From an uncultured Verrucomicrobiae bacterium (GTDB taxonomy: Bacteria; Verrucomicrobiota; Verrucomicrobiia; Chthoniobacterales; UBA10450): a stretch of DNA of 64,000 nucleotides. Where the stretch lies: the NCBI GenBank assembly GCA_963791565.1, contig CAWBSX010000004.1:372601-436600 (forward strand), written 5' to 3'. Under the pieces are notes generated by a model. The model did no database searches and had not been told where the DNA came from. It saw nothing but the letters and a program-made list of their open reading frames with translations. The first letter of the stretch is position 1. Each line of letters opens with the position of its first letter. Positions 21,460-31,348 of the stretch are shown in pieces. The translations under genes and the position numbers were made by a program.

Positions 21460-22677
21460 GTGTCTTTCCGTGATTTTGGCCTTTCTGATGAAGTCGTGCG
21501 CGGCACGCAAGCGATGGGATTTACTGATCCCACGCCGATCCAGCTGCGTGCGTTTCCCATCGTCCTCGCCGGTAAAGATTTGATCGGCACCGCGCAAACC
21601 GGCACGGGCAAGACGGCGGCGTTTGCCTTGCCCATTTTGACGAACCTTTCGCGACACGGTGCGTTTCGTTGTTTGGTTTTGGAACCGACGCGCGAATTGG
21701 CGGCACAAGTCGAGACGGCTTTTCGCGATTACGGACGCTTCACCAATTTGTTGGCCTCGTTAGTCCACGGCGGTGTCGGCTACGGCAAGCAACGCGAAGA
21801 AGCCGCGCGCGGCAGCGACATCGTGGTCGCGACGCCCGGCCGTCTGCTCGATCATTTACAGCAAGGCACGATGCGCCTCGACAAGGTAAATGTCCTCGTG
21901 CTCGACGAAGTCGATCGCATGCTCGACATGGGATTTCTGCCGGACGTACGCCGGATCGTGGAAAAGATTTCCACCGATCGACAGACGCTTTTGTTTTCCG
22001 CCACTCTGCCGCCAGAGATCGAACGCCTCGCTTCCTGGGTGCTACGCGATCCGGAGACGGTCGAGATCGGCGCACAGCGTTCGCCCGCGGAAACCGTGAC
22101 GCACGCAGTCTATCCCGTCGCAGCGGAACAGAAATTCGAACTGCTCATGGCGTTGCTCGAGCGAACGAATTTCGATAGCGCGCTGATTTTTTCGCGCACC
22201 AAACATGGCGCCGACAAGATCGCGGTGAAGCTGAAGGCGGGCCGGCATTCCGTAGCGGTGCTGCATTCGAATCGCACGCAGCGCGAACGCGTCGAAGCGC
22301 TCGACGGTTTTAAGAGCGGCAAATACGAAATCATGGTCGCGACCGACATCGCGGCCCGCGGCATTGACGTCGCCGGCGTGAGTCACGTGATCAATTACGA
22401 TGTGCCGGAGCATCCGGAAGATTACGTCCATCGGATCGGCCGAACCGGGCGCGCGCAAAAAGTGGGCGACGCATTCACGCTGATGAATGGTGAGGAAGTC
22501 GGATCGTTGCAGGCGATCGAGCGTTTCATCGGCGCGAAAATTCCGCGCCTGAAGCTGGACAATTTCGCCTATAAATATACGGCGCTTTTCGAGCCGGAAT
22601 CGATGAGCGGCGGCAAACGCGCCATCGGCGGGGGGCGCACCCACGGCGGATATTCCTACGGCCGGCGGCGACGATAG
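21460..22677 (+). CDS. DEAD-box ATP-dependent RNA helicase (RhlE-like)
   Basis: 405 aa with Q-motif/PTPIQ, AQTGTGKT, DEVD box, SAT, HRIGRTGRA and an Arg/Gly-rich tail. Confidence 0.9.
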   Translation: MSFRDFGLSDEVVRGTQAMGFTDPTPIQLRAFPIVLAGKDLIGTAQTGTGKTAAFALPILTNLSRHGAFRCLVLEPTRELAAQVETAFRDYGRFTNLLASLVHGGVGYGKQREEAARGSDIVVATPGRLLDHLQQGTMRLDKVNVLVLDEVDRMLDMGFLPDVRRIVEKISTDRQTLLFSATLPPEIERLASWVLRDPETVEIGAQRSPAETVTHAVYPVAAEQKFELLMALLERTNFDSALIFSRTKHGADKIAVKLKAGRHSVAVLHSNRTQRERVEALDGFKSGKYEIMVATDIAARGIDVAGVSHVINYDVPEHPEDYVHRIGRTGRAQKVGDAFTLMNGEEVGSLQAIERFIGAKIPRLKLDNFAYKYTALFEPESMSGGKRAIGGGRTHGGYSYGRRRR

Positions 22678-22734
22678 ACAGAAGCTTGCTCAAGACGCGC
22701 GCGTTTCATAAAGTCGACGCGGCGGACGCATCGC

Positions 22735-24126
22735 ATGTCACTCGTTTTCGAACGTTTTCAGACAGAAGGAATCGCAGAACTCTCTTACTTGTTAGGCGAT
22801 GACGATGAAGGCATCGCCGCTGTGTTTGATCCGACGCCGGATGTCGACAAGTACATAGAACTGGCGCGAGAGAAGGGCGTTTCGATCACGCACATTTTCG
22901 AAACGCACATTCACGCCGATTTGGTGAGCGGCGCGCGCGAGCTCTGCGCACGAGTGGATTCCGCAAAAATTTATGTGAGCCACGAAGCCGGCGCGAAATA
23001 CGGCTTTGAAACGGAGAAGCTGCACGACGGCGATTCGTTTTCATTTGGCGACACACTTGTGACCGTGCGTCACACACCAGGCCACACGCCCGAACATATC
23101 AGTTTCGAGATGGCGGAATCGGCAACGCCGGAGAAACCGTGGGGCGTGCTGACCGGCGATTCGCTTTTCGTTAACTCAGCAGGTCGGCCTGACTTGTTAG
23201 GCAATTCGATGACCAAACAACTGGCGGCGCAGCAATTCAAAACGTTGCGCGAATATTTTCTCGAGCTGGCCGATAGCGTCATGATTCATCCGGGACACGG
23301 CGCGGGTTCGCCTTGCGGCGCGGATATCGGCGATCGCTTGCAAAGCACGATCGGCTACGAGCGCCTAACGAATCCTTTTCTGCAATTCGATGACGTGGAG
23401 AAGTTCACCGACTTCGCAATCGAGACTGCGCCACCGGTTCCAACTTACTACCCGCGGATGAAAAAAGTGAACGCGGAGGGGCCGGAGATCATCGGAAATT
23501 TGCCGAAGGTCGCCGCGGTTCCAGCGAAGGCATTTAAGAAGGCGATCGAAGAGAAAAAAGGTGTGTTGGTCGATACGCGCTCGATGCTCGCCTTCGGCGG
23601 CGGACATATTCCGGGTGCGCTGAACATCGGCGGCTCGCCATCGCTTTCGATCTGGGCCGGCTGGCTGCTTGATCCGGCGCAGCCAATCCTGCTCGTACTG
23701 GATAAGAACAACGCGCTCGAAGATGTGTTGAAGCTTTTCATTCGCACCGGCTACACAAAATTCGCCGGTTATCTCGTCGGCGGAATTCAGGCCTGGGAAG
23801 CGGAGGGATTTCCGCTCGAGCAAATTCCGCAATTGAGCGTGCACGAGATTCAAAAAAACGGCCGCGGCCTGCAGCTTCTCGACGTGCGGGGTCCGGGCGA
23901 ATGGAAGAAAGGTCACATCCCCGGCGCGCAACATTTCTTCCTCCCGCAATTGCGCGAGAAAAGTTCCGCGCTCGATAAATCGAAGCCGACTGCGGTTTAT
24001 TGTGCAAGCGGTTATCGCGCGAGTCTCGCGGCCAGCATTTTGAAACAGGAAGGTTTCACCGACGTGCGCAACGTGCCCGGCAGCTGGCACGCGTGGAGGA
24101 AGGCCGGTTTCCCGGTCGAGAAGTAA
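22735..24126 (+). CDS. MBL-fold hydrolase fused to rhodanese domains (persulfide dioxygenase-sulfurtransferase-like)
   Basis: 463 aa with [19 protein letters not shown], and a C-terminal rhodanese domain with active-site CASGYRAS. Confidence 0.8.
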   Translation: MSLVFERFQTEGIAELSYLLGDDDEGIAAVFDPTPDVDKYIELAREKGVSITHIFETHIHADLVSGARELCARVDSAKIYVSHEAGAKYGFETEKLHDGDSFSFGDTLVTVRHTPGHTPEHISFEMAESATPEKPWGVLTGDSLFVNSAGRPDLLGNSMTKQLAAQQFKTLREYFLELADSVMIHPGHGAGSPCGADIGDRLQSTIGYERLTNPFLQFDDVEKFTDFAIETAPPVPTYYPRMKKVNAEGPEIIGNLPKVAAVPAKAFKKAIEEKKGVLVDTRSMLAFGGGHIPGALNIGGSPSLSIWAGWLLDPAQPILLVLDKNNALEDVLKLFIRTGYTKFAGYLVGGIQAWEAEGFPLEQIPQLSVHEIQKNGRGLQLLDVRGPGEWKKGHIPGAQHFFLPQLREKSSALDKSKPTAVYCASGYRASLAASILKQEGFTDVRNVPGSWHAWRKAGFPVEK

Positions 24127-24163
24127 GCTTGCCGCGACGCGAAAGCGGATAGAACATTTCCGC

Positions 24164-25024
24164 ATGGCCACAAACTCCTACGCACATCCAGAAGCCTTGG
24201 TGGACGCGGACTGGCTTGAAAAACATCGCAACGACGAAGGGATCCGCATCGTCGAGTCCAACGAAGACATCCTCCTTTACGACAACGGTCACATTCCCGG
24301 CGCCGTGCATATTGATTGGCGGACCGATCTTCAAGATCCGATCATTCGCGATTACATCACACCCGATAAGTTCGCCGAGCTATGCAGTCGCAATGGCATT
24401 ACGCCCGACACGACGTGCATCTTTTACGGCGACAAAGCGAACTGGTGGGCCTGCTACGCGCTGTGGGCTTTCCGCTTGTTCGGTCACGAGAAGGTAAAAA
24501 TCCTCAACGGCGGCCGCGACAAATGGAAAGCGGAAGGCCGGGAGATGACGCGGGAAGTTCCGAAGTATGCGCGCGCAAATTATCCGGTGCCGAAGAAACG
24601 TTACGACAAAGAGATTCGCGCTTTCGCCGATGAAGCACTCGCGCAGAGCAAGGCGGGTAAGCCGATGATCGATGTGCGTTCGCCTGGCGAATTCAAGGGC
24701 GAGATCACGCACATGCCCGAGTATCCGCAGGAGGGCGTACTGCGCGGCGGTCACATTCCCGGCGCGAAAAGCGTGCCCTGGAAAACGGCGACGAACGACG
24801 ACAGCACATTCAAATCCGCCGCGGAGCTGGAGAAAATCTACAAAGAGAACTGCGGCGTATCGTCCGACAAAGAAACGATCGTCTATTGCCGAATCGGGGA
24901 ACGTTCGAGTCACACCTGGTTCGTCCTCACGTATCTGCTTGGGATTGATAACGTGCGGAATTACGACGGCTCGTGGACGGAGTGGGGCAATAAAGTCGGC
25001 GCGCCAATCGAACGGAGCGCGTAA
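24164..25024 (+). CDS. sseA: Thiosulfate/3-mercaptopyruvate sulfurtransferase (two-domain rhodanese)
   Basis: 286 aa with the active-site loop [11 protein letters not shown]. The symbol is assigned by family resemblance only. Confidence 0.8.
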   Translation: MATNSYAHPEALVDADWLEKHRNDEGIRIVESNEDILLYDNGHIPGAVHIDWRTDLQDPIIRDYITPDKFAELCSRNGITPDTTCIFYGDKANWWACYALWAFRLFGHEKVKILNGGRDKWKAEGREMTREVPKYARANYPVPKKRYDKEIRAFADEALAQSKAGKPMIDVRSPGEFKGEITHMPEYPQEGVLRGGHIPGAKSVPWKTATNDDSTFKSAAELEKIYKENCGVSSDKETIVYCRIGERSSHTWFVLTYLLGIDNVRNYDGSWTEWGNKVGAPIERSA

Positions 25025-25032
25025 GATTCTGC

Positions 25033-25488
25033 GTGTACCCGCCGAAACTCGATAAGATCATCCATCTCTTCGAAACGCTGCCGGAAGTGGAGCGGCGTGA
25101 GACGCTCGTTTCCTATGCCGACGGCGCGAAGAAGCAGGAACCGCGGCCTAACGAGAAGTTCGATCTCGAAGATATCCGCAAAGATGAGGAATGCGCCGAT
25201 ACCGTCGGCGTTTATTTACAGGTCGATGACGAAGGCAAAGCGCACTTCCGGATGTCGCTCGGACCGGAAGTGCAAACGCTGACACGCGCGATGACCTCGA
25301 TTCTTTGCAAAGGCCTCGACGGCGCGACGCCGCAGGAAGTTCTCGATCTGCCGAGCGATTTCGTTACGCGCATTGTCGGCGCCGAACTCGTGCGCGTGCG
25401 CAGCCAAACGACTTACTACATTCTCACCCGCATGAAGGGCATCTGTAAGGTTTATCTTGATCGGCAGCGCAAGATGGCCGCGGCTTAA
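25033..25488 (+). CDS. SufE-like sulfur-acceptor protein
   Basis: 151 aa with a GTG start. The SufE-family call rests on general sequence resemblance that I did not verify by search, and on genomic context next to the sulfurtransferases. Confidence 0.55.
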   Translation: MYPPKLDKIIHLFETLPEVERRETLVSYADGAKKQEPRPNEKFDLEDIRKDEECADTVGVYLQVDDEGKAHFRMSLGPEVQTLTRAMTSILCKGLDGATPQEVLDLPSDFVTRIVGAELVRVRSQTTYYILTRMKGICKVYLDRQRKMAAA

Positions 25489-25539
25489 TCGGCTTTCGCT
25501 CGTGACGCGCTGAGGTTTTCGCCTACAGTTCGCGCGCCC

Positions 25540-28500
25540 ATGCCGCGGAACAACGAGCTGCGAAAAATTCTCCTCATCGGCTCCGGCCCGATCGTGATCG
25601 GGCAGGGCTGCGAGTTCGATTATTCCGGCGTGCAGGCCTGCAAGGCTTTGCAGGAAGAGGGCTACGAGGTCGTGCTGGTGAACTCGAACCCGGCTACCAT
25701 CATGACCGATCCGGAATTCGCGGACCGCACTTACATCGAGCCGATCACGCCGGAAGTGATCGAAGCGATTCTCGAGCGCGAAAAGCCGGACGCGATTCTG
25801 CCAACAATGGGCGGCCAAACCGCGCTCAACGCCGCGATGGAATTGAATCGCAACGGCGCGCTCGCTAGGCACGGCGTGAAATTGATCGGCGCGAACGCGC
25901 AGGCCATCGCGAAAGGCGAAGATCGCCAGCTTTTCAAGGAAGCGATGTTGCGCATCGGTCTCGACGTTCCGCGCTCCGGCATCGCGCACAATCGCTCGCC
26001 GATGCGAACCGCGTCGCGGACACGATCGGAACTTTTCCGCTCATCATTCGACCCGCTTTCACGCTCGGCGGCACCGGCGGCGGCATCGCCTACAATCGCG
26101 AAGAGCTCGAGGAAATCGCCGAGCGCGGGCTCGCGCTTTCGCCGGTCACGCGAAGTCTTGATCGAGGAGTCGCTCGTCGGCTGGAAGGAATTCGAGATGG
26201 AAGTGATGCGCGACCACGCCGACAACTGCGTAGTCGTTTGCTCGATCGAAAACTTCGATCCGATGGGCGTGCACACCGGCGACTCGATCACTGTCGCGCC
26301 GGCGCAAACGCTGACCGATCGCGAATATCAATTGATGCGCGACGCGTCGTTCGCCGTGATTCGCGAGATCGGCGTGGAGACCGGCGGATCGAACATTCAG
26401 TTCGCCGTCAATCCGGACAACGGCCGCATGGTGGTGATCGAAATGAATCCGCGCGTCTCGCGTTCGAGCGCGCTCGCTTCGAAAGCCACCGGATTTCCCA
26501 TCGCGAAAATCGCCGCCAAACTCGCGGTCGGCTACACGCTCGACGAAATCAAGAACGACATCACGCGCGAAACGCCGGCGAGCTTCGAGCCAACGATCGA
26601 CTACTGCGTGGTCAAAGTTCCGCGCTTCACTTTCGAAAAATTTCCGCACGCCGACCCGACTCTAACGACGCAGATGAAGAGCGTCGGCGAAGCGATGGCG
26701 ATCGGCCGCACTTTCAAGGAGGCGCTGCAAAAAGCGCTGCGTTCACTCGAGATCAAGCGCTTCGGTCTGTGCGGCGACGGCGAAGGAAAAGCGCGTCGAT
26801 CCCGAAACATTGCGTCTCAAGCTCGCCATTCCGAATGCCGAGCGCATTTTCCATCTCGCGCAGGCGTTCCAGGACGGCATGCGATCGACGACGTCTTCGA
26901 GCTGACGAAAATCGACCGCTGGTTCCTGCACAATGTCGAGCAGATCGTGTAGGGCAGAACTGCACAGCTGGCAATCGATCGACTTGCGCCGAGCGAAGAA
27001 GCTCGGATTTTCCGATCGGCAACTGGCGATCGCGCACGGAACTTGAAAGAACAGACGATTCGCGCAACGGCGGAAAGCAGCAGAAAGTCATCCCCACTTA
27101 CCGACTGGTCGATACCTGCGCGGCGGAGTTCGAAGCGTTCACGCCGTATTACTATTCCACCTACGGGATCGAGAACGAGATGCGCCGCGACGCGAACGGC
27201 GCAAGATCATGATTCTCGGCGGCGGGCCGAATCGCATCGGGCAGGGAATTGAATTCGATTACTGCTGCGTGCACGCGGCTTTCGCGCTGCGCGAACTCGG
27301 ATTCGAAACCATCATGGTGAACTCGAATCCGGAAACGGTTTCGACCGATTACGACACGAGCGACAAACTCTATTTCGAGCCGCTCACGCTCGAAGACGTG
27401 CTCAATATTTACGATCAGGAAAAGCCGGAAGGTGTGATCGTGCAGTTCGGCGGACAAACGCCGCTGAATCTCGCGGCCGGTTTGCGCGCGGCCGGCGTTC
27501 CGATTCTCGGGACGCAACCGGAGAGCATCGAGATGGCGGAAGACCGCAAGCTTTTCGCCGCGATGCTGGACAAGCTCGGTTTGCGGCAAACGCCGAGCGG
27601 ATCGGCGGTGAGCGCCGACGGAAGCGATAGCGATCGCGGAACGAATCGGTTATCCAGTGCTCGTTAGGCCGTCGTTCGTCCTGGGCGGTCGCGCGATGGA
27701 ACTGGTTTACAACGACGACAGATCTCGAGCGTTACATGCAGAGCGCGATCGAGGTCAGCTCGGATCGGCCGGTCTTGGTCGATCGGTTTCTCGAAGACGC
27801 GATCGAGGTCGACGTCGATTGCATCGCTGATGGTGAGACTAGCCGTGATCGGCGCGATCATGGAGCACGTCGCAGCTCGCCGGCATTCATAGCGGGGACA
27901 GCGCCTGCGCCATCCCGACTTTTTCGCTCTCGACAAAACGTGCTCGACGGAAATCTCGCGCGCGACGAAGGCGATGGCGCGCGAGCTCGAACGTGCGCGG
28001 GCTGATGAATGTGCAATTCGCGGTGAAAGGCGACGACGTCTACGTGCTCGAAGTGAATCCGCGCGCCTCGCGCACCGCGCCGTTTGTCAGCAAAGCGATC
28101 GGCGTTCCGTTCGCAAAACTCGCCGCCAAAGTGATGACGGGAAAGACGTTGAGCGAACTCGGCTTCACCAAAGAAATTATTCCGAAACATTTTTCGGTGA
28201 AGGAACCGGTCTTTCCTTTCCTGCGTTATCAAGGAAGCGACACTGCGCCTGGGCCCGGAAATGAAATCTACCGGCGAAGTGATGGGCATCGATGCCGATC
28301 TCGGTCTTGCTTACGCCAAGGCGCAGATGGCCGCGCCGCCGCCCTGCCGAAGATCAGGAAATGTTTTCATCAGCGTGAAAGATTCGGACAAGGAAAGCGT
28401 CGTGCCATTGGCGCGTGATTACATCGCGCTCGGTTTCGGGATTATCGCGACCAGCGGAACGGCGGCGATGTTGGCCGCGGTCGGAATTCCAGTGCACCAG

Positions 28501-28750
28501 CGTTTTCAAATTACGCGAAGGCCGGCCGAACGTGCTCGATCGGATCAAGAACGGCGACATGCAGTTGATCATCAATACGCCGAGCGGAAAAATTCCACGC
28601 GAAGATGAAATCAAAATGCGCAGCGGCGCGCGCACATTGAAAATTCCGATCATCACGACGATGCGCGCGGCGCAGGCCAGCGTACACGGCATTGCTTCAC
28701 TGCAGAAAAGCAGTCTGCAGGTTAAGACGTTGCAGGAATATCACCTGTAA
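25540..28750 (+). pseudogene. carB: Carbamoyl-phosphate synthase large subunit, reading frame broken by about 17-19 single-base indels
   Basis: CarB sequence is recognisable end to end, but only by hopping frames. Examples are [30 protein letters not shown]..., [117 protein letters not shown] and REGRPNVLDRIKNGDMQLIINTPSG. Track ORFs 25540, 26238, 27209, 27736, 27993, 28261 and 28415 are fragments of this gene. Confidence 0.85.
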
Positions 28751-28954
28751 ACCCTACCATGCGCCGCCGCTGCAACCGCGCATGAGGACGAGCAAAATAA
28801 TCGTGCCGATAATTGAAACGACGATCGAGCCAAGACAGCCCATGCGGGAGGAAAAGAAAGCGAACATCGCCGCGGAAACGATGGTGGCGAGCGCATCAGC
28901 TGTGTGAAACGCAAAACGCGTGACACCGCGCGCGCTTCGTGTGACAGGTCTCGG

Positions 28955-29596
28955 ATGAAACTGACCTTGCTCGCTTGTCTCGCGACCGCGCTGGCCGCGA
29001 CGAACTTGTTTGGCCAAACCGAAACACCATCTGCTTCTCCGAACGCTTCTATGACTCCATCACCATCATCCAGTCCTGCCGCGAAAGAAGTCGCCGTCAT
29101 CAAAACAAGCGAAGGCGAAATGGTCGCCGAATTCTGGCCCGATGTCGCGCCGAACACGGTGGAGAATTTCAAGAAATTAGCGCGGCAGGGTTTCTACGAT
29201 GGCACTGCTTTTCATCGCATCATCAAAGGTTTCATGGCGCAGGGCGGCGATCCGCTGACCAAAGATCCCGCGAAAGAAAGCATGTGGGGCACCGGCGGTC
29301 CGGGTTACAAAGTGAAAGCCGAATTCAACAAAAAGCCGCATGAGCGCGGGGTTCTTTCCATGGCGCGCTCGAGCGATCCGGATTCGGCTGGTAGCCAGTT
29401 TTTTCTCTGCTTCGGCAAAGTCAGCCAGCTCGACGGGCAATACACGACCTTCGGCAAAATCATTAAAGGCGACGCCGTGCTCGACAAACTGGCCAACGTC
29501 GAAGTAACAACGAGCAACAGCGGCGAAAAAAGTAAGCCGGTCAATCGCGTCGGTCTTGAGAGCATCAAGATCGTGCCGGCGGACTCGGTGAAGTAA
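28955..29596 (+). CDS. Secreted cyclophilin-type peptidyl-prolyl cis-trans isomerase
   Basis: Start at MKLTLLACLATALAATNLFG (signal-like). It has FHRIIKGFMAQGGDP and SAGSQFFLCF. Confidence 0.9.
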   Translation: MKLTLLACLATALAATNLFGQTETPSASPNASMTPSPSSSPAAKEVAVIKTSEGEMVAEFWPDVAPNTVENFKKLARQGFYDGTAFHRIIKGFMAQGGDPLTKDPAKESMWGTGGPGYKVKAEFNKKPHERGVLSMARSSDPDSAGSQFFLCFGKVSQLDGQYTTFGKIIKGDAVLDKLANVEVTTSNSGEKSKPVNRVGLESIKIVPADSVK

Positions 29597-29598
29597 CA

Positions 29599-30483
29599 AT
29601 GTCGGAGGCGAGCACCAACGTCGCATTGGTGCAGATGCAATGCGGGACGGATCCCGCGGCGAATCTGGAAAAGGCGATCGGGTTCATCCGCGATGCGGCG
29701 AAGAGCGGCGCGCAGATAATCTGTCTGCCGGAGCTTTTTCGATCGCAGTATTTTTGCCAATCGGAAGATCACAAATACTTCGCGCTCGCGGAAGAAATTC
29801 CCGGGCCGACCACGGACTCGTTAGGCAAACTCGCGGGCGAGCTTAAGGTTGTCATCGTCGCGTCGCTTTTCGAAAAGCGCGCTGCCGGCGTTTATCACAA
29901 CACCGCCGCCATCATCGATGCCGATGGGAAATTTCTCGGAAAATATCGCAAGATGCACATCCCGGATGATCCATCGTTTTACGAAAAATTTTATTTCGCG
30001 CCGGGCGACTTGGGCTTCAAAAACTGGCCCACACAACGTGGGAATATTGGTGTCTGTGTTTGCTGGGACCAATGGTATCCGGAGGCAGCCCGCCTGACGG
30101 CATTGCGCGGTGCGCAGTTACTTTTTTATCCGACTGCGATCGGATGGCATCCTTCTGAGAAGGAAAAGTATGGTCGCGCGCAATATTCCGCTTGGGAAAC
30201 AATGCAACGCAGTCACGCCATTTCGAATGGTTGTTTCGTCGCAGCCGTGAATCGCGTCGGTTTCGAAAATCCCGCGGGCGGCGACGGCATCGAATTCTGG
30301 GGACAAAGTTTCATGGTCGCGCCGAGCGGCGAAATTCTCGCGAAAGGCAGCGTTGATCGCGAAGAAATCATCCTGGCCGACGTGGATTGGAAACGCGTCG
30401 ATGAACACCGCACGCATTGGCCATTCCTGCGCGATCGTCGCATCGACGCCTACGCAGGCCTCGAGCGGCGGATGATCGACTGA
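29599..30483 (+). CDS. Carbon-nitrogen hydrolase (N-carbamoylputrescine amidase-like)
   Basis: 294 aa with catalytic-Cys context GVCVCWDQWYPE, plus PELF and YRKMHIPD. Confidence 0.85.
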   Translation: MSEASTNVALVQMQCGTDPAANLEKAIGFIRDAAKSGAQIICLPELFRSQYFCQSEDHKYFALAEEIPGPTTDSLGKLAGELKVVIVASLFEKRAAGVYHNTAAIIDADGKFLGKYRKMHIPDDPSFYEKFYFAPGDLGFKNWPTQRGNIGVCVCWDQWYPEAARLTALRGAQLLFYPTAIGWHPSEKEKYGRAQYSAWETMQRSHAISNGCFVAAVNRVGFENPAGGDGIEFWGQSFMVAPSGEILAKGSVDREEIILADVDWKRVDEHRTHWPFLRDRRIDAYAGLERRMID

Positions 30484-30509
30484 ACATTCAAGCGGGTGTA
30501 GCGTACCGC

Positions 30510-31058
30510 ATGAAAATCAGCTCCTTCGTTTTTCTTTTCGCGCTCGTTGTTGGTATGAGTGCGCCGTTTGCGGTTGCGCAGGATGTGCAACAAGCAGTCG
30601 CCGTAGTTCAACCGACCGCCAACAGCAAAGTCACCGGCACGATCACGTTCACGAAATCAGCCGATGGTGTGAAAGTTGTCGGCGACATTAATGGCCTCAC
30701 ACCGGGCAAACATGGTTTCCATATCCACGAATTCGGTGATTGCTCTGCGCCCGACGCCACCTCGGCTGGCTCTCATTTCAATCCGAGCAAACACCAACAC
30801 GGTGCGCCGGATGCGAGCGATCGTCATGACGGCGACATGGGAAACATCGAAGCCGATGCTTCCGGCAAAGCACATGTCGATTACACAGATAAAATGATGA
30901 AACTGAGCGGCGCTGATTCCATCATCGGTCATGCGGTGATCGTGCACGAAAAAGCCGATGATTTGAAAACGCAGCCGACCGGCGATGCCGGCGGTCGTCT
31001 GGCGTGCGGTGTAATCGGAGTGGCAAACCCTAACATGTCTCTGCATAGCACTCGTTAG
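30510..31058 (+). CDS. sodC: Periplasmic Cu/Zn superoxide dismutase
   Basis: Start at MKISSFVFLFALVV. It has GFHIHEFGDC and GDAGGRLACGVIG. The stop is the TAG of the motif copy at 31051. Confidence 0.9.
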   Translation: MKISSFVFLFALVVGMSAPFAVAQDVQQAVAVVQPTANSKVTGTITFTKSADGVKVVGDINGLTPGKHGFHIHEFGDCSAPDATSAGSHFNPSKHQHGAPDASDRHDGDMGNIEADASGKAHVDYTDKMMKLSGADSIIGHAVIVHEKADDLKTQPTGDAGGRLACGVIGVANPNMSLHSTR

Positions 31059-31348
31059 GCGCCACTCAGACACCCCTGAACGCCGCTGTTCCGTAACTGT
31101 CTAATATCGCAGTTCTTTGTTAGTGCTGAGCGGATCCGCCTGGGGCGGATTCGACGGGGGACCCAAATTTCGCGCAAGCGATCGGGGCGCATGACGCTGC
31201 GGCGTCAGGAGCACTTGGTGGCTCTAGCCCGACAGCTAACTCCGTAAGCGAAACACCGAGAGCAGGGAGCGATTCCTGAGTCTCAAAAAAAGTTCGCCTT
31301 CCGCAAATAGTGCGAGCGCAAGCCGCAAGGCTTTAGAAGGAGATAGTC

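Noticed and set aside
26238-27212. A 324-aa ORF and other ORFs inside 25540-28750 that could be called as separate genes.
   Set aside because: They are out-of-frame or partially in-frame fragments of carB. Only short stretches (for example [28 protein letters not shown]) are real CarB sequence.
28754-28867. A 37-codon hydrophobic minus-strand ORF (MFAFFSSRMGCLGSIVVSIIGTIILLVLMRGCSGGAW) in the carB-to-cyclophilin spacer.
   Set aside because: It could be a real small membrane peptide. There is no convincing ribosome-binding site, no recognised family, and it overlaps the upstream region of the cyclophilin gene. The evidence is insufficient to annotate it.
31140-31160. CCGCCTGGGG resembles the conserved 3' element of the ZTP (pfl) riboswitch.
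   Set aside because: The upstream GACTGGCG-type sub-domain is absent, and the downstream gene (SPFH) is unrelated to purine or folate metabolism.
31137-31335. A possible tmRNA (ssrA) gene, because of GGGGCGGATTCGACGGGGG and a ...GCT TTA G... segment reminiscent of a tag end.
   Set aside because: There is no tRNA-like 3' domain (T-arm plus CCA-proximal acceptor strand) downstream. There is no tag reading frame ending in a stop after an Ala-rich C-terminus. A well-supported CDS with a strong RBS starts at 31349, where the tmRNA body would have to continue.
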